From contig OY969585.1 of NCBI GenBank assembly GCA_963701295.1, positions 2,880,895 to 2,944,894 of the forward strand: 64,000 nt of DNA, in the 5' to 3' direction. Origin of the DNA: Ignavibacteriota bacterium. GTDB taxonomy: Bacteria; Bacteroidota; Ignavibacteria; UBA10030. The stretch's first letter is position 1. Each line of letters starts with the position of its first letter. The notes below the pieces were generated by a model. That model saw only the letters and a list, made by a program, of their open reading frames with translations. It was not told the DNA's origin and did no database searches. Shown piece after piece: positions 31,628-42,440 of the stretch. Position numbers and translations under genes: made by a program.

Positions 31628-32259
31628 AGCATTTCCCTTTCTGAAAGTTCCGACAATAATTGCTCCGCCTGTTCTCTATTCAATCCTGAGAGAACTCCGT
31701 CAATATCCATGTCCACTATCTCACCACTCTCGATTTGCTTCAAGAGAGCCTCTCGAATAAAATGATCGCCTTTCAGGTGTTCGGCGATTCCTTCAGAGGC
31801 AATTTCTTGATTCAACAACACATTCGAGCCGGCATATTCATTTGAAACCGCCTGCACAACTTCATCTGGAGAATAATTTTTCAATACCTGAAAAAGAGCA
31901 TCTGTTTGTTCATGCACGGATGAAGAATCTGAAGGTATTCTGATCAAGAGAATCAAAAACAACGCAGAAACTGCGAGCGGCAGTAGAAGCTTCGATGTAA
32001 TCTTTCTATCACTCCAGAGAGAGTCGCGATGACCCATGAGGCGCTCCTGCACACGAGGAAGAATGGTAGAATAATATACTGAACTTGGAGATACATTCCG
32101 ACTATGCTGGAGTGCATCATACACAGCTTTCAACTCATTGTAATGATTTTGACATTCAGAACATTGCTGTAAATGCAAACGAACCTGATCGCAATCGTAT
32201 TCGCCCAAATGCTCCGTAATGTAATCCATCAAGGAATATTTAATGTGCCCTGTGTGCAC
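31624..32259 (-). CDS. Anti-sigma factor with a zinc-finger (zf-HC2) N-terminus and a single transmembrane helix
   Basis: HLQQCSECQNHY H-x3-C-x2-C motif. Central transmembrane helix. Lies immediately downstream of, and overlapping, the ECF sigma gene. Confidence 0.65.
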   Translation of the reverse strand: MHTGHIKYSLMDYITEHLGEYDCDQVRLHLQQCSECQNHYNELKAVYDALQHSRNVSPSSVYYSTILPRVQERLMGHRDSLWSDRKITSKLLLPLAVSALFLILLIRIPSDSSSVHEQTDALFQVLKNYSPDEVVQAVSNEYAGSNVLLNQEIASEGIAEHLKGDHFIREALLKQIESGEIVDMDIDGVLSGLNREQAEQLLSELSEREML

Positions 32260-32797
32260 GGTTCACAAATTCTCCAATATTCTTTACAGCATGAAAATAA
32301 TTTGCTTTCAGCCCGCCAACCGATGTCTTTAATATCTTTGAAATGTCTTCATACGGTAATTCTTCGTAATAGCGAAGAATAAAAACAGCCTTTTGTTTTT
32401 CAGGAAGCTGCTGTATAGCTTCTTCGATAAGTTGTTTTTGCTCACTCTGCTCATATTGCTTGTCCGGCTGGTCACTCTCTTCACTCGGATAATCAAAGAA
32501 TTCATCAATTCGTAAGAAATCTTTTATTCGTTGTCTACGAATTGTATTGAGTGAGACATTGACCGTTATCCGGTAGAGCCATGTATAAACACTCGACTTT
32601 CCTCGAAAATCACTGAGTGCTTTATATACCTTTAAAAATACTTCTTGAACAATATCATCAGCCTGATCATGATCGTTCACGAATCGGTGTGCGATCCAAT
32701 AGACCTTTTCCTGATATCGTCGTACCAACTCGTTAAATGAGGCCTCATTGCCCTTCTGGAATGATTCAACAAGTTCTAGGTCATTTGAGACGCTCAT
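32240..32797 (-). CDS. RNA polymerase ECF-type sigma factor (sigma-24 family)
   Basis: Region 2 (DDIVQEVFLKVYKAL) and region 4 present. 185 aa. Confidence 0.85.
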   Translation of the reverse strand: MSVSNDLELVESFQKGNEASFNELVRRYQEKVYWIAHRFVNDHDQADDIVQEVFLKVYKALSDFRGKSSVYTWLYRITVNVSLNTIRRQRIKDFLRIDEFFDYPSEESDQPDKQYEQSEQKQLIEEAIQQLPEKQKAVFILRYYEELPYEDISKILKTSVGGLKANYFHAVKNIGEFVNRAHRAH

Positions 32798-32809
32798 GAG
32801 TCATTCATA

Positions 32810-32825
32810 TGTCAATAATTTGACA
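32810..32825. promoter_or_regulatory. Palindrome TGTCAA-ATTA-TTGACA 13 bp upstream of the ECF sigma start codon
   Basis: Perfect 6-bp arms seen directly in the sequence. Could be an operator, or a -35 element for a divergent or leaderless transcript. Confidence 0.25.
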
Positions 32826-32868
32826 CTCAGGAATCTTGCAGGTTTAATTCTAGCATGAATACGAGGCA

Positions 32869-34560
32869 TCACCAAATCCCTAAACTTGCGCCTATGGCAC
32901 ATTCGACCTGATGCGCGCGATTTTGAGAAGGATCGGCTTCATCTGCAATCGAACGTACCCGGCCATTGAAATGAATGAAAATATCGCGAATGGGCTGATA
33001 GAGCAAAGTCAATCCGGTTGAACGCTCGACATGTAATGGCCCAAAAAGAAATGTCCAATAACCCTGATAGTCTGAATATTGGTCTGCCAAAGGCAGTGTT
33101 CCTCCTTTTCGATATACTTCGCTAAAGATGGTAAAACGAAGCGCATGAATAGGCGAGAGACCAACTTCTAAAAATAAATCGTCGGAATTTTGACCCATCC
33201 AACTTCCGAGGCAAAATCCATTGTTGGTAAATGTTGTAGAAGGGTATTGATGATTATATGTCGCCGGATTAACCCGAGAATATTCAATAGTCATATCGAT
33301 ATTGGTGCTGGGGAAGTCGAACACCCGAACACCGGTCGTGAAAGCAACTTGTCGATGAGATAGGTTGGGATCAAATAATTTGTCGGTATTCAATTCATCA
33401 ATGAATAACGAAAGATAGGCATTGACATTCCTTATGACATTTAAATCCAAGCTTCCAAAGATCTGGCAATTGTCTTTGTTATCGTTATAATGTTCACCCG
33501 CTTTGAAGAACATAATGGGAATTAAATACATCAACAATGGCCCCCTATCGCTATACACGATTGATTCGCCTATCGAAAAGTCTACCCCACGCCACAAAGA
33601 TATTTCTATTTGATGCGCAGCAATATATTTCACATGATCAACTTCGCGGAATGTGGAATATGCCGGGTTGAAATATGTGATGGTATAGGAATTCGTCGAA
33701 TCGATAACATTTGAGTTTAATTCACCATGGAAATAAATGAAATCGATATCTTTCGAAAAGGGAACACGCAATTTGATTTGAGGATAGGAAGGGGTATTGT
33801 CAGAAAATATGACATTATTCATTCTTCCATATCCCCAAACATTGTTCATTTTTTCCAGTGACAAAGTAAATGCTCCGATTTGCCAGCTGAATTGAGCGTT
33901 TACTTCATCATATTGAAAATTATCCGTGAGCACGCCTTCTGACGGGATAACACCACGGAGAGGAGTCTTTGCCCTCTTATAATAGTCTTTGTCAAGGCTG
34001 GAAAGAAATCCTACGTCATCAAGCTGTCTATCGTTCAATCGGCTAAAATTGAGATTGTCACCTTTCTCTAAATTGTCATCTATATTAAAATAGAATCCGA
34101 CATTGTTAAACGCATAGCCATATGTTTTAAATCCCTGCGCGCGATCCGACGTTGCCTGCTTTCCTGTGTAAGTGCGTGTCAGGCTGTAATCAATATCAAA
34201 ATTCAATATCCCTTGGTCTAGTTCATGCGAATAAATATGCCAACGTGTTTCACTTGGTTCTGCATCGCCGGAGATTTTCAGCATTTCATAATTGAATTCT
34301 GTTTTCAGGAATTCATAGGTTTCTCTTTCGACTTTGGTCATTTCATCGACGTGTTTTTCCAAAGTAAGGAGTGCAGAAGCAATTTGTATTCGCGACAGAG
34401 GTTTGGCAGCATCCTTGTAATCGACGAGAATCTCACGCGCTTCCATCCTCTTGAGAAAATCATATACTTCATGTTGTACCGGCACATACACAGACTGTGC
34501 GTGCACGAGAACTCCCATAACGGCGAATAATATGATACTCTTGAAAAGAATCCGATTCAT
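32869..34560 (-). CDS. Outer-membrane protein, possibly of the capsule-assembly Wzi family
   Basis: Signal peptide. An N-terminal helical segment VYDFLKRMEAREILVDYKDAAKPLSRIQIASALL that resembles the Wzi N-terminus, followed by a long aromatic-rich beta region. The assignment is from memory only. Confidence 0.4.
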   Translation of the reverse strand: MNRILFKSIILFAVMGVLVHAQSVYVPVQHEVYDFLKRMEAREILVDYKDAAKPLSRIQIASALLTLEKHVDEMTKVERETYEFLKTEFNYEMLKISGDAEPSETRWHIYSHELDQGILNFDIDYSLTRTYTGKQATSDRAQGFKTYGYAFNNVGFYFNIDDNLEKGDNLNFSRLNDRQLDDVGFLSSLDKDYYKRAKTPLRGVIPSEGVLTDNFQYDEVNAQFSWQIGAFTLSLEKMNNVWGYGRMNNVIFSDNTPSYPQIKLRVPFSKDIDFIYFHGELNSNVIDSTNSYTITYFNPAYSTFREVDHVKYIAAHQIEISLWRGVDFSIGESIVYSDRGPLLMYLIPIMFFKAGEHYNDNKDNCQIFGSLDLNVIRNVNAYLSLFIDELNTDKLFDPNLSHRQVAFTTGVRVFDFPSTNIDMTIEYSRVNPATYNHQYPSTTFTNNGFCLGSWMGQNSDDLFLEVGLSPIHALRFTIFSEVYRKGGTLPLADQYSDYQGYWTFLFGPLHVERSTGLTLLYQPIRDIFIHFNGRVRSIADEADPSQNRAHQVECAIGASLGIW

Positions 34561-34584
34561 TCAATTTCCTTTTTGTTTTGTGAT

Positions 34585-35322
34585 CTAATGTTCATGCCGC
34601 CACAACTCGCGCCATGAATGTATTTCTTCCACTTTTGGATAGCGTGCCGGTGCTTTTCCCGTTATGAGGTATCGTACATCGCAATACGCATGAAAAAGAA
34701 CTGTCGGAAGTAAATTCTTTTTCAATCTCCGTGTTGAAACCAACGCACGTGCTTTTCTATTAACGGTACAGAATCCTAAATGCGACATTCTTCTGCTCAA
34801 GTCAAGATCTTCGACGATACCAAAATCTTCCCGAAACCCGCCGGCTGCTTCAAATCCTGCACGCCTATACGCTACGCAAATTCCTGGAAAGAGTGGCAGT
34901 CCGAAGAAATCGAATAATCGAACCATACCGTATGTGCTTCGATACACACAGCGCCGCAAAATACCGCCGTCACATGGTTGTGCCATGCCAGTCATGCCGA
35001 TAATCGCCGGATTTGAAAATTCCTGATGACAATAGCTAAGAAAATCTTGATCCAAAGTTGCATCTGCATCGACAAAAATGAGAATATCTCCGCGTGCTTT
35101 TTTCGCGCCGATATTACGGCCGTAGGCAATTCCTTTCCGATCTTCCACAAGAACGCTATCTGCATATGGACGTGCAATGTCTGCAGTGTGATCCGTTGAA
35201 CGCGCATCGGAAACAATAATTTCAAATTCTGTTCGTTGATATCGCTGCTCACCTAGTGATCGAAGGCATCTTTCGATACATCCTTCTTCCATATAGGTGG
35301 GAACAATAATTGAGAATTCCAT
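34585..35322 (-). CDS. Glycosyltransferase family 2
   Basis: FSIIVPTYMEEGCIERCL...VSDARSTDHT...FVDADATL. Confidence 0.7.
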   Translation of the reverse strand: MEFSIIVPTYMEEGCIERCLRSLGEQRYQRTEFEIIVSDARSTDHTADIARPYADSVLVEDRKGIAYGRNIGAKKARGDILIFVDADATLDQDFLSYCHQEFSNPAIIGMTGMAQPCDGGILRRCVYRSTYGMVRLFDFFGLPLFPGICVAYRRAGFEAAGGFREDFGIVEDLDLSRRMSHLGFCTVNRKARALVSTRRLKKNLLPTVLFHAYCDVRYLITGKAPARYPKVEEIHSWRELWRHEH

Positions 35323-35331
35323 CGAATCTCC

Positions 35332-38300
35332 CTACCGAACCTTTGCAAGTTTCTGGATGACTTCTGTGCCCGATTTATTGCTCTTAGCAATAACTTTATA
35401 GAAATATATTCCATTGGCTATATTATCTCCGTCATGATCCCTGCCATTCCAGTACACTCGATAATATGCATTAGCCTGAGGAGGCACCTGGATATCCTGG
35501 ATAAGGCGTCCAGCGATCGTATAGATCTTTATCTTTATTTCATCGGCATAGTCCGTGAGGATGAATGTAAAATATGTTTCCGACGCAAAGGGATTGGGAT
35601 AATTAAATACATCGAGCAACTTGAGGTTTGTCTCGACTCGAAACTGGATTTGCGTAGCTACCGAATCGGAATAATTTCCAGAAGCATCCATCACTCGTAC
35701 CGACAACGTGTGGTCCCCAGTTGCAAGAGTTGGATGGTACGTAACAGAGGCTTTTGCATTTCCGCTTTGCCCGCTTTGCGATATGAAGAGACTGTCCGGC
35801 ATAGGGCCAAGAGCTACCCTCCGTCCATCCAAGGCGAGATACACCGAAGAAGGATCAGAAATTGGCAATGGGCTGTTATCATAAATTGCTATTTTAATAG
35901 TTGGGCTGGGCAAAACATAATCGCCATTGTAAATGCGCTGTCCGTCGAATGTGATAGCAAATGTGGGACGCGTTGTATCGGTTTGAACATAAAACGAAAC
36001 AGAATAATAATTATTGATAGTATATATTTCTGGAATTGATTGTTGGGGGTCGATCGACAGTATTTCTGTGTTGCTGCCGGCGCGTCCGGTCGTTGCAAGA
36101 GAATACGTTACCGTAGTAAATGAATCAGCAGGGACAACAGGAATGATAACCGTATCCTTTTGACGGATACCGTTATTCATCAATGTAAAGACCACTTTCA
36201 CGCTGTCGGCAGGTTGCTCGCCTGCATTGTAAATTTTTGCTGTTATCCCTAAGGATTTCCCTTCCATCAATGTATCGGAAGTTATCGAAACACATTGATA
36301 ATTGATGGCAAGTTCCGGAGGAGGTTTCAGTAAAACATTCCAATTTTTTAAGAGAGGCGTTTCACCCGAAGCATTCGCAGTAAATTTTCCTAAAAGTTGT
36401 AATGTCCGATATTTCTTTGCACTAAAAGATGCAAGAGTTAACGTACTGCTCGTATCGTTTGTCACAAGCGTATCCACTGAACCTGTAAGCGTTGTCCCAA
36501 GAACATACATACCAAGATTACTTCCTGCGGGTGTTGTCTTGGTAATTGCAGCTTGTTTCCATTGAGAAGAAGGGCCAAAAGATGGGCTGAGCACATAACC
36601 AGATAGAGCTGGGCGAATGAAAGTTGTATCAAGCTGAACTCGCAATGAATCGGATCCTATATACCATCCTTCCAATGCCGTACCTACTGGATCGCCTTTT
36701 CTGCCAAGTAACGCCCATGATGCGCGCCAGCCGGTAGTGTAATCCGTTAATTTATCGATATAAGCGCTTCCAAATTCTTTGATAGCATTTGCTGCAGCAG
36801 GTGTCGGTGAGCTTGATCCTGGAATAAGAACGCCATTAAAGGCATCGTCAATCACAACCATTGCCACTAAACTTCCATTAGGCATTGCTTCAAGAAATTT
36901 TATCAATTTTGTCGAACTTGTTGAATCTCCGTAAGTATCAAAGGACTGTTGTTGAATAGCATGATAATCCATCGTATCTAATTGGACAATTGTAATGCCA
37001 CGATTGAAAGTGCTGCCAAGTAAGTTTATTCCATTTACTTTCACCGCTCCATAATCTATGGTATTTCGTCCAGATGAAACAATTTCAATCGAATACGTTG
37101 AAACTAACAGATGCACACCTGTTGAATCATGAAAACAATGAGAATAAGAATTCGTTGTCCATTCTGATGGTACGGTCTGCGTCCACCGAGTCAAAGAATC
37201 TGATGACGGAACAAATGAGCCGGATGTAGGCGAAAGAGAACCGGAAGTCTTCCAGTAATATCGTTTTACTGCTATATCGGCAGGAGTAAAGGATGTTACC
37301 ACCTGTCCTATCGGAGCTGTATAGGAAGATGCTGTCGAGAACGAATCGCTGGTATCGATCATAATTGTTACTGCATTCGTATCGCTCGGTTTTTTTACCG
37401 GATTGAGAAGAATGAACTTTTTCGGCGGACAATTCAATCCGGGAACAGGATATGCAATTCTATATACCGCCGTTTGTACTACGACAGAATATTCGCAGGA
37501 ATTGTCGGAATAATTCGACTCCGAAACCGTACGAGCCGGGTTCAATTGTATGACAAAGGTATGTTCTCCCGGCAAGTTCTTCACGACGTATGAAAGATGA
37601 ATTGTGTCGGCATACAACGGAACCGGCAAGGCAAATATCGTATCGGAACTCGTCGTGAGATATGTATGTGTGACTTTTACTTTGAAGGTATCGGTTGGCA
37701 CAGCCCCCAAATTGTGATATGGAATCGTCAGAGAAATCACATCATTATCGTCCGACGGAAAGCTGGGTGAAGAAGTTATTAGACTGCTGGAAATAACCAG
37801 ATTTGGCAATGACGGAATAGCCAACCGAACAGCAGGATCGCCGATCAATGTATTGGTCAGCATCAACTGTCTTCCCATCGCAGAGTTATTCCATCCATTT
37901 TGATTCAAGGTAAGAATTTTCCCTAAAAGATGATCTTTTCCAATGGTATGCGTGGAATCTGCCATGACTTCTTCAAAGAAGTATTCCGGCAGAGTGGTAG
38001 CGATGGATTCAAATCCCAAGGAAGAATTCCCGATATATCCAATCGCCGAGCTATTACTGCCGACAACAAACTGTTCGCTAAATGAACTGATATTCGGCTC
38101 CGCAAACTTCCCCGTCGAACATCCGAAATCGGAAATGAACGGGAAACGTCCGACTGTATTTGCTAAATCCGTTACCTTATTGATATCATTGTCCCAAGTT
38201 TCAGTCCCGCTATGTCCAATATAAGTAATCATCAACGCACTGCTGTCAATAGCATTTGCAATTTGTGTCGTTGTGTATGGGCCAAAGCTGGAAACCGGAT

Positions 38301-40605
38301 TTGATGTTTTATAAAAATCGATGGCAATGCCGCCGATCGGCCGCGGTTGAATGATCTCGTTTATAACTTGTTGATTCACAGAATGAAATGTTGAATACTC
38401 ACTGCTAGTGGAACCGCCGGCAAAGAACATATATCGTTTATTCCAGACATCGGATGTCTGTGTTACGTATGTTTGCAGCCTTGTAAAATAGCGTTGAAAT
38501 TCATCCGTTGACGCTACAGGCAATCGCCCCAAATACATTTGAGGAATATCAAGTGAATCATACAGTTTGGCTATCCATTGATCACTTACAGGCATACCAA
38601 ATACCGGAACAACGTTCCGGACATAACTGCCCTCTGCAATGCCGAGATAATTCTTAAAATCGTAATTGGCTTCGCCCACCAATAACACGTACAAAGGCAT
38701 GGGCGACGTCCAATTCGTGGTTGCTTTCAAAAATTCCCGTTCCGCTTCAGGAACAGGATAACCATAACCGAATTCATCAAATATATCTTTTATATTGATA
38801 ATGGCAGTCATCAAGCCGTATGTTGATTGGATAAAGGCAGTGTACTGTTCTGCAAGAGAAAGAAATGAGGAATCAGTGATCAAGAGATAATCGGCGTGAC
38901 GAGAAGAATTTCGTAAATCGACAAAGGCACTTTTATATGCAATCAGCGGTGTTGCAATTTTTGCCGATGAGACAATAACGTAGCGGTCTCCATTGCGAAC
39001 AGTATCTACGAAAGAGACAGTATACGTCCCTGAACCATCAACTGTTCCTAAAATACGTTTTGGATATTTTCCTGATTTATAAATTACCGCGCTGTTTGAT
39101 GCAAGTCCATGAAGAACCACTCTCCGTACGGCAGTACCGCTGAGATCATGAAATCCAAACCAGAGACTGTCATCTGTTGCTGTCAGCGAACGAGGGTATT
39201 CAACATCTGCCCAATCAAATACAATTGAATTGGTTGACGATGCCGAAGCATAGGAATACAGATGCAAGGTATTTGTTCCCTCGGTTAGGATCGAAGTACT
39301 GATCGCCCGCCGTAGGATCGATTGTTCAAAAGGACCAAGAATCGACGTATCAGGAAGCAATGTAGAATTGATACCGATTTGCACCATATGAGCATTTGCG
39401 ATGGAGCTGATAGCTGCCGATCCCGCCACCTTCATCAAAATTCGAGGAGAAAATGCTCCGGATTGTATCTGCGTCGCAGAAAAAGTCGGATCACAACTTC
39501 CTCCCGCATAGATATATGTCCAGACCCACATATCACCGGATGTCCAGTATGGATTCTGCTGTTCTACCGCATCATCGCCGCAATACGCATAGACTGTATT
39601 TTGTTCGATGTGAACGTTTTCCGTGTACCAGAAAAGCGAATCATTGGGTGTTACTGTTGTATCGTTCGTTGTATATCGCGCACCAGACGCACTTCCCCAT
39701 TCTAACCAGTAATAGGAAGTGTCGGTGTATCGGTTGAGATATTCGGAATATTCTTCCTCGCCAGTCGGAATGATCCGATACAGTGTATCAGGGTTATAAT
39801 TTTTTGTACCAACAAACTCAAGATAATCTCCTGCAGAAAAAGTATGAGCGGATACAGTGTTCACCGTCATCGGCAATTCATGTCCTTTGTTGAATAATTG
39901 AAACGTCGTCGGATCTGCTTGTGCCAACTCCGATGCAATGCTCGTTAATTGCACATAGGAAAGACGGTACACACCATCGCCGGGAATGGTAATTTTGATC
40001 GCTTTGCCGTTGATTGGAATCCATGCTTTCGTCGAATCACTCCACGTAAGTGCTTCCGTAGAAACAAATGAGGAAGCGCTATTCACTTCCAATGCATTCA
40101 AAACGGATTGAAATTGTTTATCATTGGCGGATGTCGCTGAAACCGGAAGTAGCGAGCCGCTTAGAGTCACATCAATCGTATCAACAGATTGAACAGTTTG
40201 ACCGTATCGTACAAGAGGCGCCACCGATAATTCCGCTAAACGTTGTCCCCGGAACCAGCGATATCCTTTCAATGTAACAAGAGAACTTCCCGAACTCGGT
40301 ACTTGCTGCCGCACTTGCTCTAGAGACGATGAAAATTTAGATATTTTTCCCGAAAGCGTATGTGCAGAATGATGGCGCACTTGTAGTTGAATCTTCGCCT
40401 TTGGCGCTATCGCATAATAACATGTGTATGATGTCTTCGCAGCTGTATCGGTTTCTGCATGATGCAAAACAAATTGAATATTCATTCCGCTTTGTGAAGA
40501 ATGCAGGTTCGCTCTTCCCCATGGAAAATATTTTTGTTGTGCAACAGCAGTGGAATCAAACAACAGCGATATCAGCAAAATCACGCCGACAATAAATCTG
40601 CTCAT
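35332..40605 (-). CDS. Very large type-IX-secretion cargo protein with a peptidase C25 (gingipain)-like domain
   Basis: About 1757 aa from the internal start MSRFIVGVILLISLL (signal peptide). Candidate catalytic His (ITYIGHSGTETW) and Cys (FISDFGCSTGKF). The C-terminus reads FNYPNPFASETYF...GIYFYKVIA, a type-IX sorting domain. Confidence 0.7.
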   Translation of the reverse strand: MSRFIVGVILLISLLFDSTAVAQQKYFPWGRANLHSSQSGMNIQFVLHHAETDTAAKTSYTCYYAIAPKAKIQLQVRHHSAHTLSGKISKFSSSLEQVRQQVPSSGSSLVTLKGYRWFRGQRLAELSVAPLVRYGQTVQSVDTIDVTLSGSLLPVSATSANDKQFQSVLNALEVNSASSFVSTEALTWSDSTKAWIPINGKAIKITIPGDGVYRLSYVQLTSIASELAQADPTTFQLFNKGHELPMTVNTVSAHTFSAGDYLEFVGTKNYNPDTLYRIIPTGEEEYSEYLNRYTDTSYYWLEWGSASGARYTTNDTTVTPNDSLFWYTENVHIEQNTVYAYCGDDAVEQQNPYWTSGDMWVWTYIYAGGSCDPTFSATQIQSGAFSPRILMKVAGSAAISSIANAHMVQIGINSTLLPDTSILGPFEQSILRRAISTSILTEGTNTLHLYSYASASSTNSIVFDWADVEYPRSLTATDDSLWFGFHDLSGTAVRRVVLHGLASNSAVIYKSGKYPKRILGTVDGSGTYTVSFVDTVRNGDRYVIVSSAKIATPLIAYKSAFVDLRNSSRHADYLLITDSSFLSLAEQYTAFIQSTYGLMTAIINIKDIFDEFGYGYPVPEAEREFLKATTNWTSPMPLYVLLVGEANYDFKNYLGIAEGSYVRNVVPVFGMPVSDQWIAKLYDSLDIPQMYLGRLPVASTDEFQRYFTRLQTYVTQTSDVWNKRYMFFAGGSTSSEYSTFHSVNQQVINEIIQPRPIGGIAIDFYKTSNPVSSFGPYTTTQIANAIDSSALMITYIGHSGTETWDNDINKVTDLANTVGRFPFISDFGCSTGKFAEPNISSFSEQFVVGSNSSAIGYIGNSSLGFESIATTLPEYFFEEVMADSTHTIGKDHLLGKILTLNQNGWNNSAMGRQLMLTNTLIGDPAVRLAIPSLPNLVISSSLITSSPSFPSDDNDVISLTIPYHNLGAVPTDTFKVKVTHTYLTTSSDTIFALPVPLYADTIHLSYVVKNLPGEHTFVIQLNPARTVSESNYSDNSCEYSVVVQTAVYRIAYPVPGLNCPPKKFILLNPVKKPSDTNAVTIMIDTSDSFSTASSYTAPIGQVVTSFTPADIAVKRYYWKTSGSLSPTSGSFVPSSDSLTRWTQTVPSEWTTNSYSHCFHDSTGVHLLVSTYSIEIVSSGRNTIDYGAVKVNGINLLGSTFNRGITIVQLDTMDYHAIQQQSFDTYGDSTSSTKLIKFLEAMPNGSLVAMVVIDDAFNGVLIPGSSSPTPAAANAIKEFGSAYIDKLTDYTTGWRASWALLGRKGDPVGTALEGWYIGSDSLRVQLDTTFIRPALSGYVLSPSFGPSSQWKQAAITKTTPAGSNLGMYVLGTTLTGSVDTLVTNDTSSTLTLASFSAKKYRTLQLLGKFTANASGETPLLKNWNVLLKPPPELAINYQCVSITSDTLMEGKSLGITAKIYNAGEQPADSVKVVFTLMNNGIRQKDTVIIPVVPADSFTTVTYSLATTGRAGSNTEILSIDPQQSIPEIYTINNYYSVSFYVQTDTTRPTFAITFDGQRIYNGDYVLPSPTIKIAIYDNSPLPISDPSSVYLALDGRRVALGPMPDSLFISQSGQSGNAKASVTYHPTLATGDHTLSVRVMDASGNYSDSVATQIQFRVETNLKLLDVFNYPNPFASETYFTFILTDYADEIKIKIYTIAGRLIQDIQVPPQANAYYRVYWNGRDHDGDNIANGIYFYKVIAKSNKSGTEVIQKLAKVR

Positions 40606-40640
40606 AACTGTACAACTAAAATTTGCTATCATCTCTGAAT

Positions 40641-42440
40641 TCAGCATTTCAGAGACCAATAATATCGTTTGATACCTTGCCCAATACCTGATAATATACA
40701 ATAACTTTCTGAAAGAGATAATCTAAACTGCAGCGTCTTTTTAATTGTTCGTAACACACAAAACGGAATAACGAACATCATGCATAAATGATTTCGATTT
40801 TTTAGGAAATAAATAATTTCGTTGTGGTGAAAATCCCTGTAATATTGCGCCGTTGCATTTATCTGTAAAAGAACATTTCCTGTCTTTTGAGGGATATGCT
40901 GGATAGTTGTCTCGTTCGTAAAACGAATACGGTAGCCCAAGCTTTTCAAACGCTCAGAAACATCTTGCTCTTCAAATATTGATGTCCCTCGAAATATTGC
41001 ATCAAAATAACCGGCTTCCTGCAACACAGTTTGTTTTATGGACATATTTCCCCCTACCAAAGTTTCGACATCACAACAAACATCGGAATGAAATCCATCT
41101 TTCATACGTCCGTACCATAATACACGACAAATATCTGTAGACATCAACGGCGGTAAATCGTTTTCAATAATTCTGCATGAAACACCCCCTATCGTAGTAT
41201 CTCTGTGATTCTTCACATGAACTTCCATCATCTTAGGAGAAGGAACAATATCATCATCACAGAATAAAAGAATATCTCCTGTTGCGTTACGAATTCCGAT
41301 ATTCTTAGCATTAGAGCGGTTGGGATAGGCAGAATACAGTAACTTCAATGGATAAGGAACAGATATACCTTGTCGTGATACTTGCTGTGTTGCACTACTT
41401 TGATCTACCACAATCACTTCAAACGATGTATAGGTTTGTTCTTTCAATGCTGTAAGTAAGTGGAGAACACATTCCGGACGATTACAGGTCGGAATAATAA
41501 TAGAAACAAATGGTTGAAGACGTTGTTCTTCACTTTGGATAACAGTAAGAGCATTCGCTATTTGTTGAAAGTAATTATTGGAAAATCGATGTACGGATAG
41601 GATATGATTACGTGATTCAATCCATTTGGCAAGAAGTCGAAACCAGAGACTATATATTCGCTTCATCCATATCGCACGTCGTAAGGCATGACGACGATGG
41701 AAGCGAAGAAAATTACGATAAAATTCTATTTTGTGCCGTTCCTGTACTTGCGTAAAACTTGCGCCTCCGTAGTGAATAATTGACACGGATGGAACATGCA
41801 TCACTTTAAATCCCGATGTTCGCAATCGGAACGGTAAATCAGCATCTTCAAAGAAAAAGGAAAAACCTTCATCAAATCCACCAACAGCATTAAAGTGCGA
41901 ACGGCGCAAGAATAGAAACGCCCCCTCAACATAATTTACATTTTGCCGCAGGGAGATGTTTTTGCGTCGCTCTTCAAATTCACGCCATATACCACGAAAA
42001 TTGTTCGGCACAATTTCTAATAACAACCCGCGTAACACTGTCGTTCGGGAAAACCTTGTCCTGCTATTGTCGTTTCCATCTTTATGTTGACATCCTAGCA
42101 AAGCAATCAGAGCATCTTGTTCCATAAAAGAACACAGCGTTTCTATAGCTCCGGGTTCGACAATAACATCGGCATTGGAAATAACTACATATCGTGTCGT
42201 AAGCAGTGTAGAACCAGTGTTAGCGGCATGCCCATAACCGAGATTCTCGTTCAACACACAAAATCGAATTTGTGGATACTGCACCCGAAGCTGCTCTACG
42301 CTACCATCAGTTGAACCTTGATCGAGAACAATAAGATTCTTTAACAACACACCATCCGATAAAAAAGAAGCAACACAATTCAACAAATGTTGACACGTAT
42401 TCCAACTGATAATAACTACTCCAATATCAGGTAAAATCAC
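40641..42440 (-). CDS. Glycosyltransferase with two tandem GT2 domains
   Basis: N-terminal domain (VVIISWNTCQHL...DQGSTDGS) plus a second GT-A domain (VSIIIPTCNRPECV...VVDQSS). Confidence 0.7.
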   Translation of the reverse strand: MILPDIGVVIISWNTCQHLLNCVASFLSDGVLLKNLIVLDQGSTDGSVEQLRVQYPQIRFCVLNENLGYGHAANTGSTLLTTRYVVISNADVIVEPGAIETLCSFMEQDALIALLGCQHKDGNDNSRTRFSRTTVLRGLLLEIVPNNFRGIWREFEERRKNISLRQNVNYVEGAFLFLRRSHFNAVGGFDEGFSFFFEDADLPFRLRTSGFKVMHVPSVSIIHYGGASFTQVQERHKIEFYRNFLRFHRRHALRRAIWMKRIYSLWFRLLAKWIESRNHILSVHRFSNNYFQQIANALTVIQSEEQRLQPFVSIIIPTCNRPECVLHLLTALKEQTYTSFEVIVVDQSSATQQVSRQGISVPYPLKLLYSAYPNRSNAKNIGIRNATGDILLFCDDDIVPSPKMMEVHVKNHRDTTIGGVSCRIIENDLPPLMSTDICRVLWYGRMKDGFHSDVCCDVETLVGGNMSIKQTVLQEAGYFDAIFRGTSIFEEQDVSERLKSLGYRIRFTNETTIQHIPQKTGNVLLQINATAQYYRDFHHNEIIYFLKNRNHLCMMFVIPFCVLRTIKKTLQFRLSLSESYCILSGIGQGIKRYYWSLKC

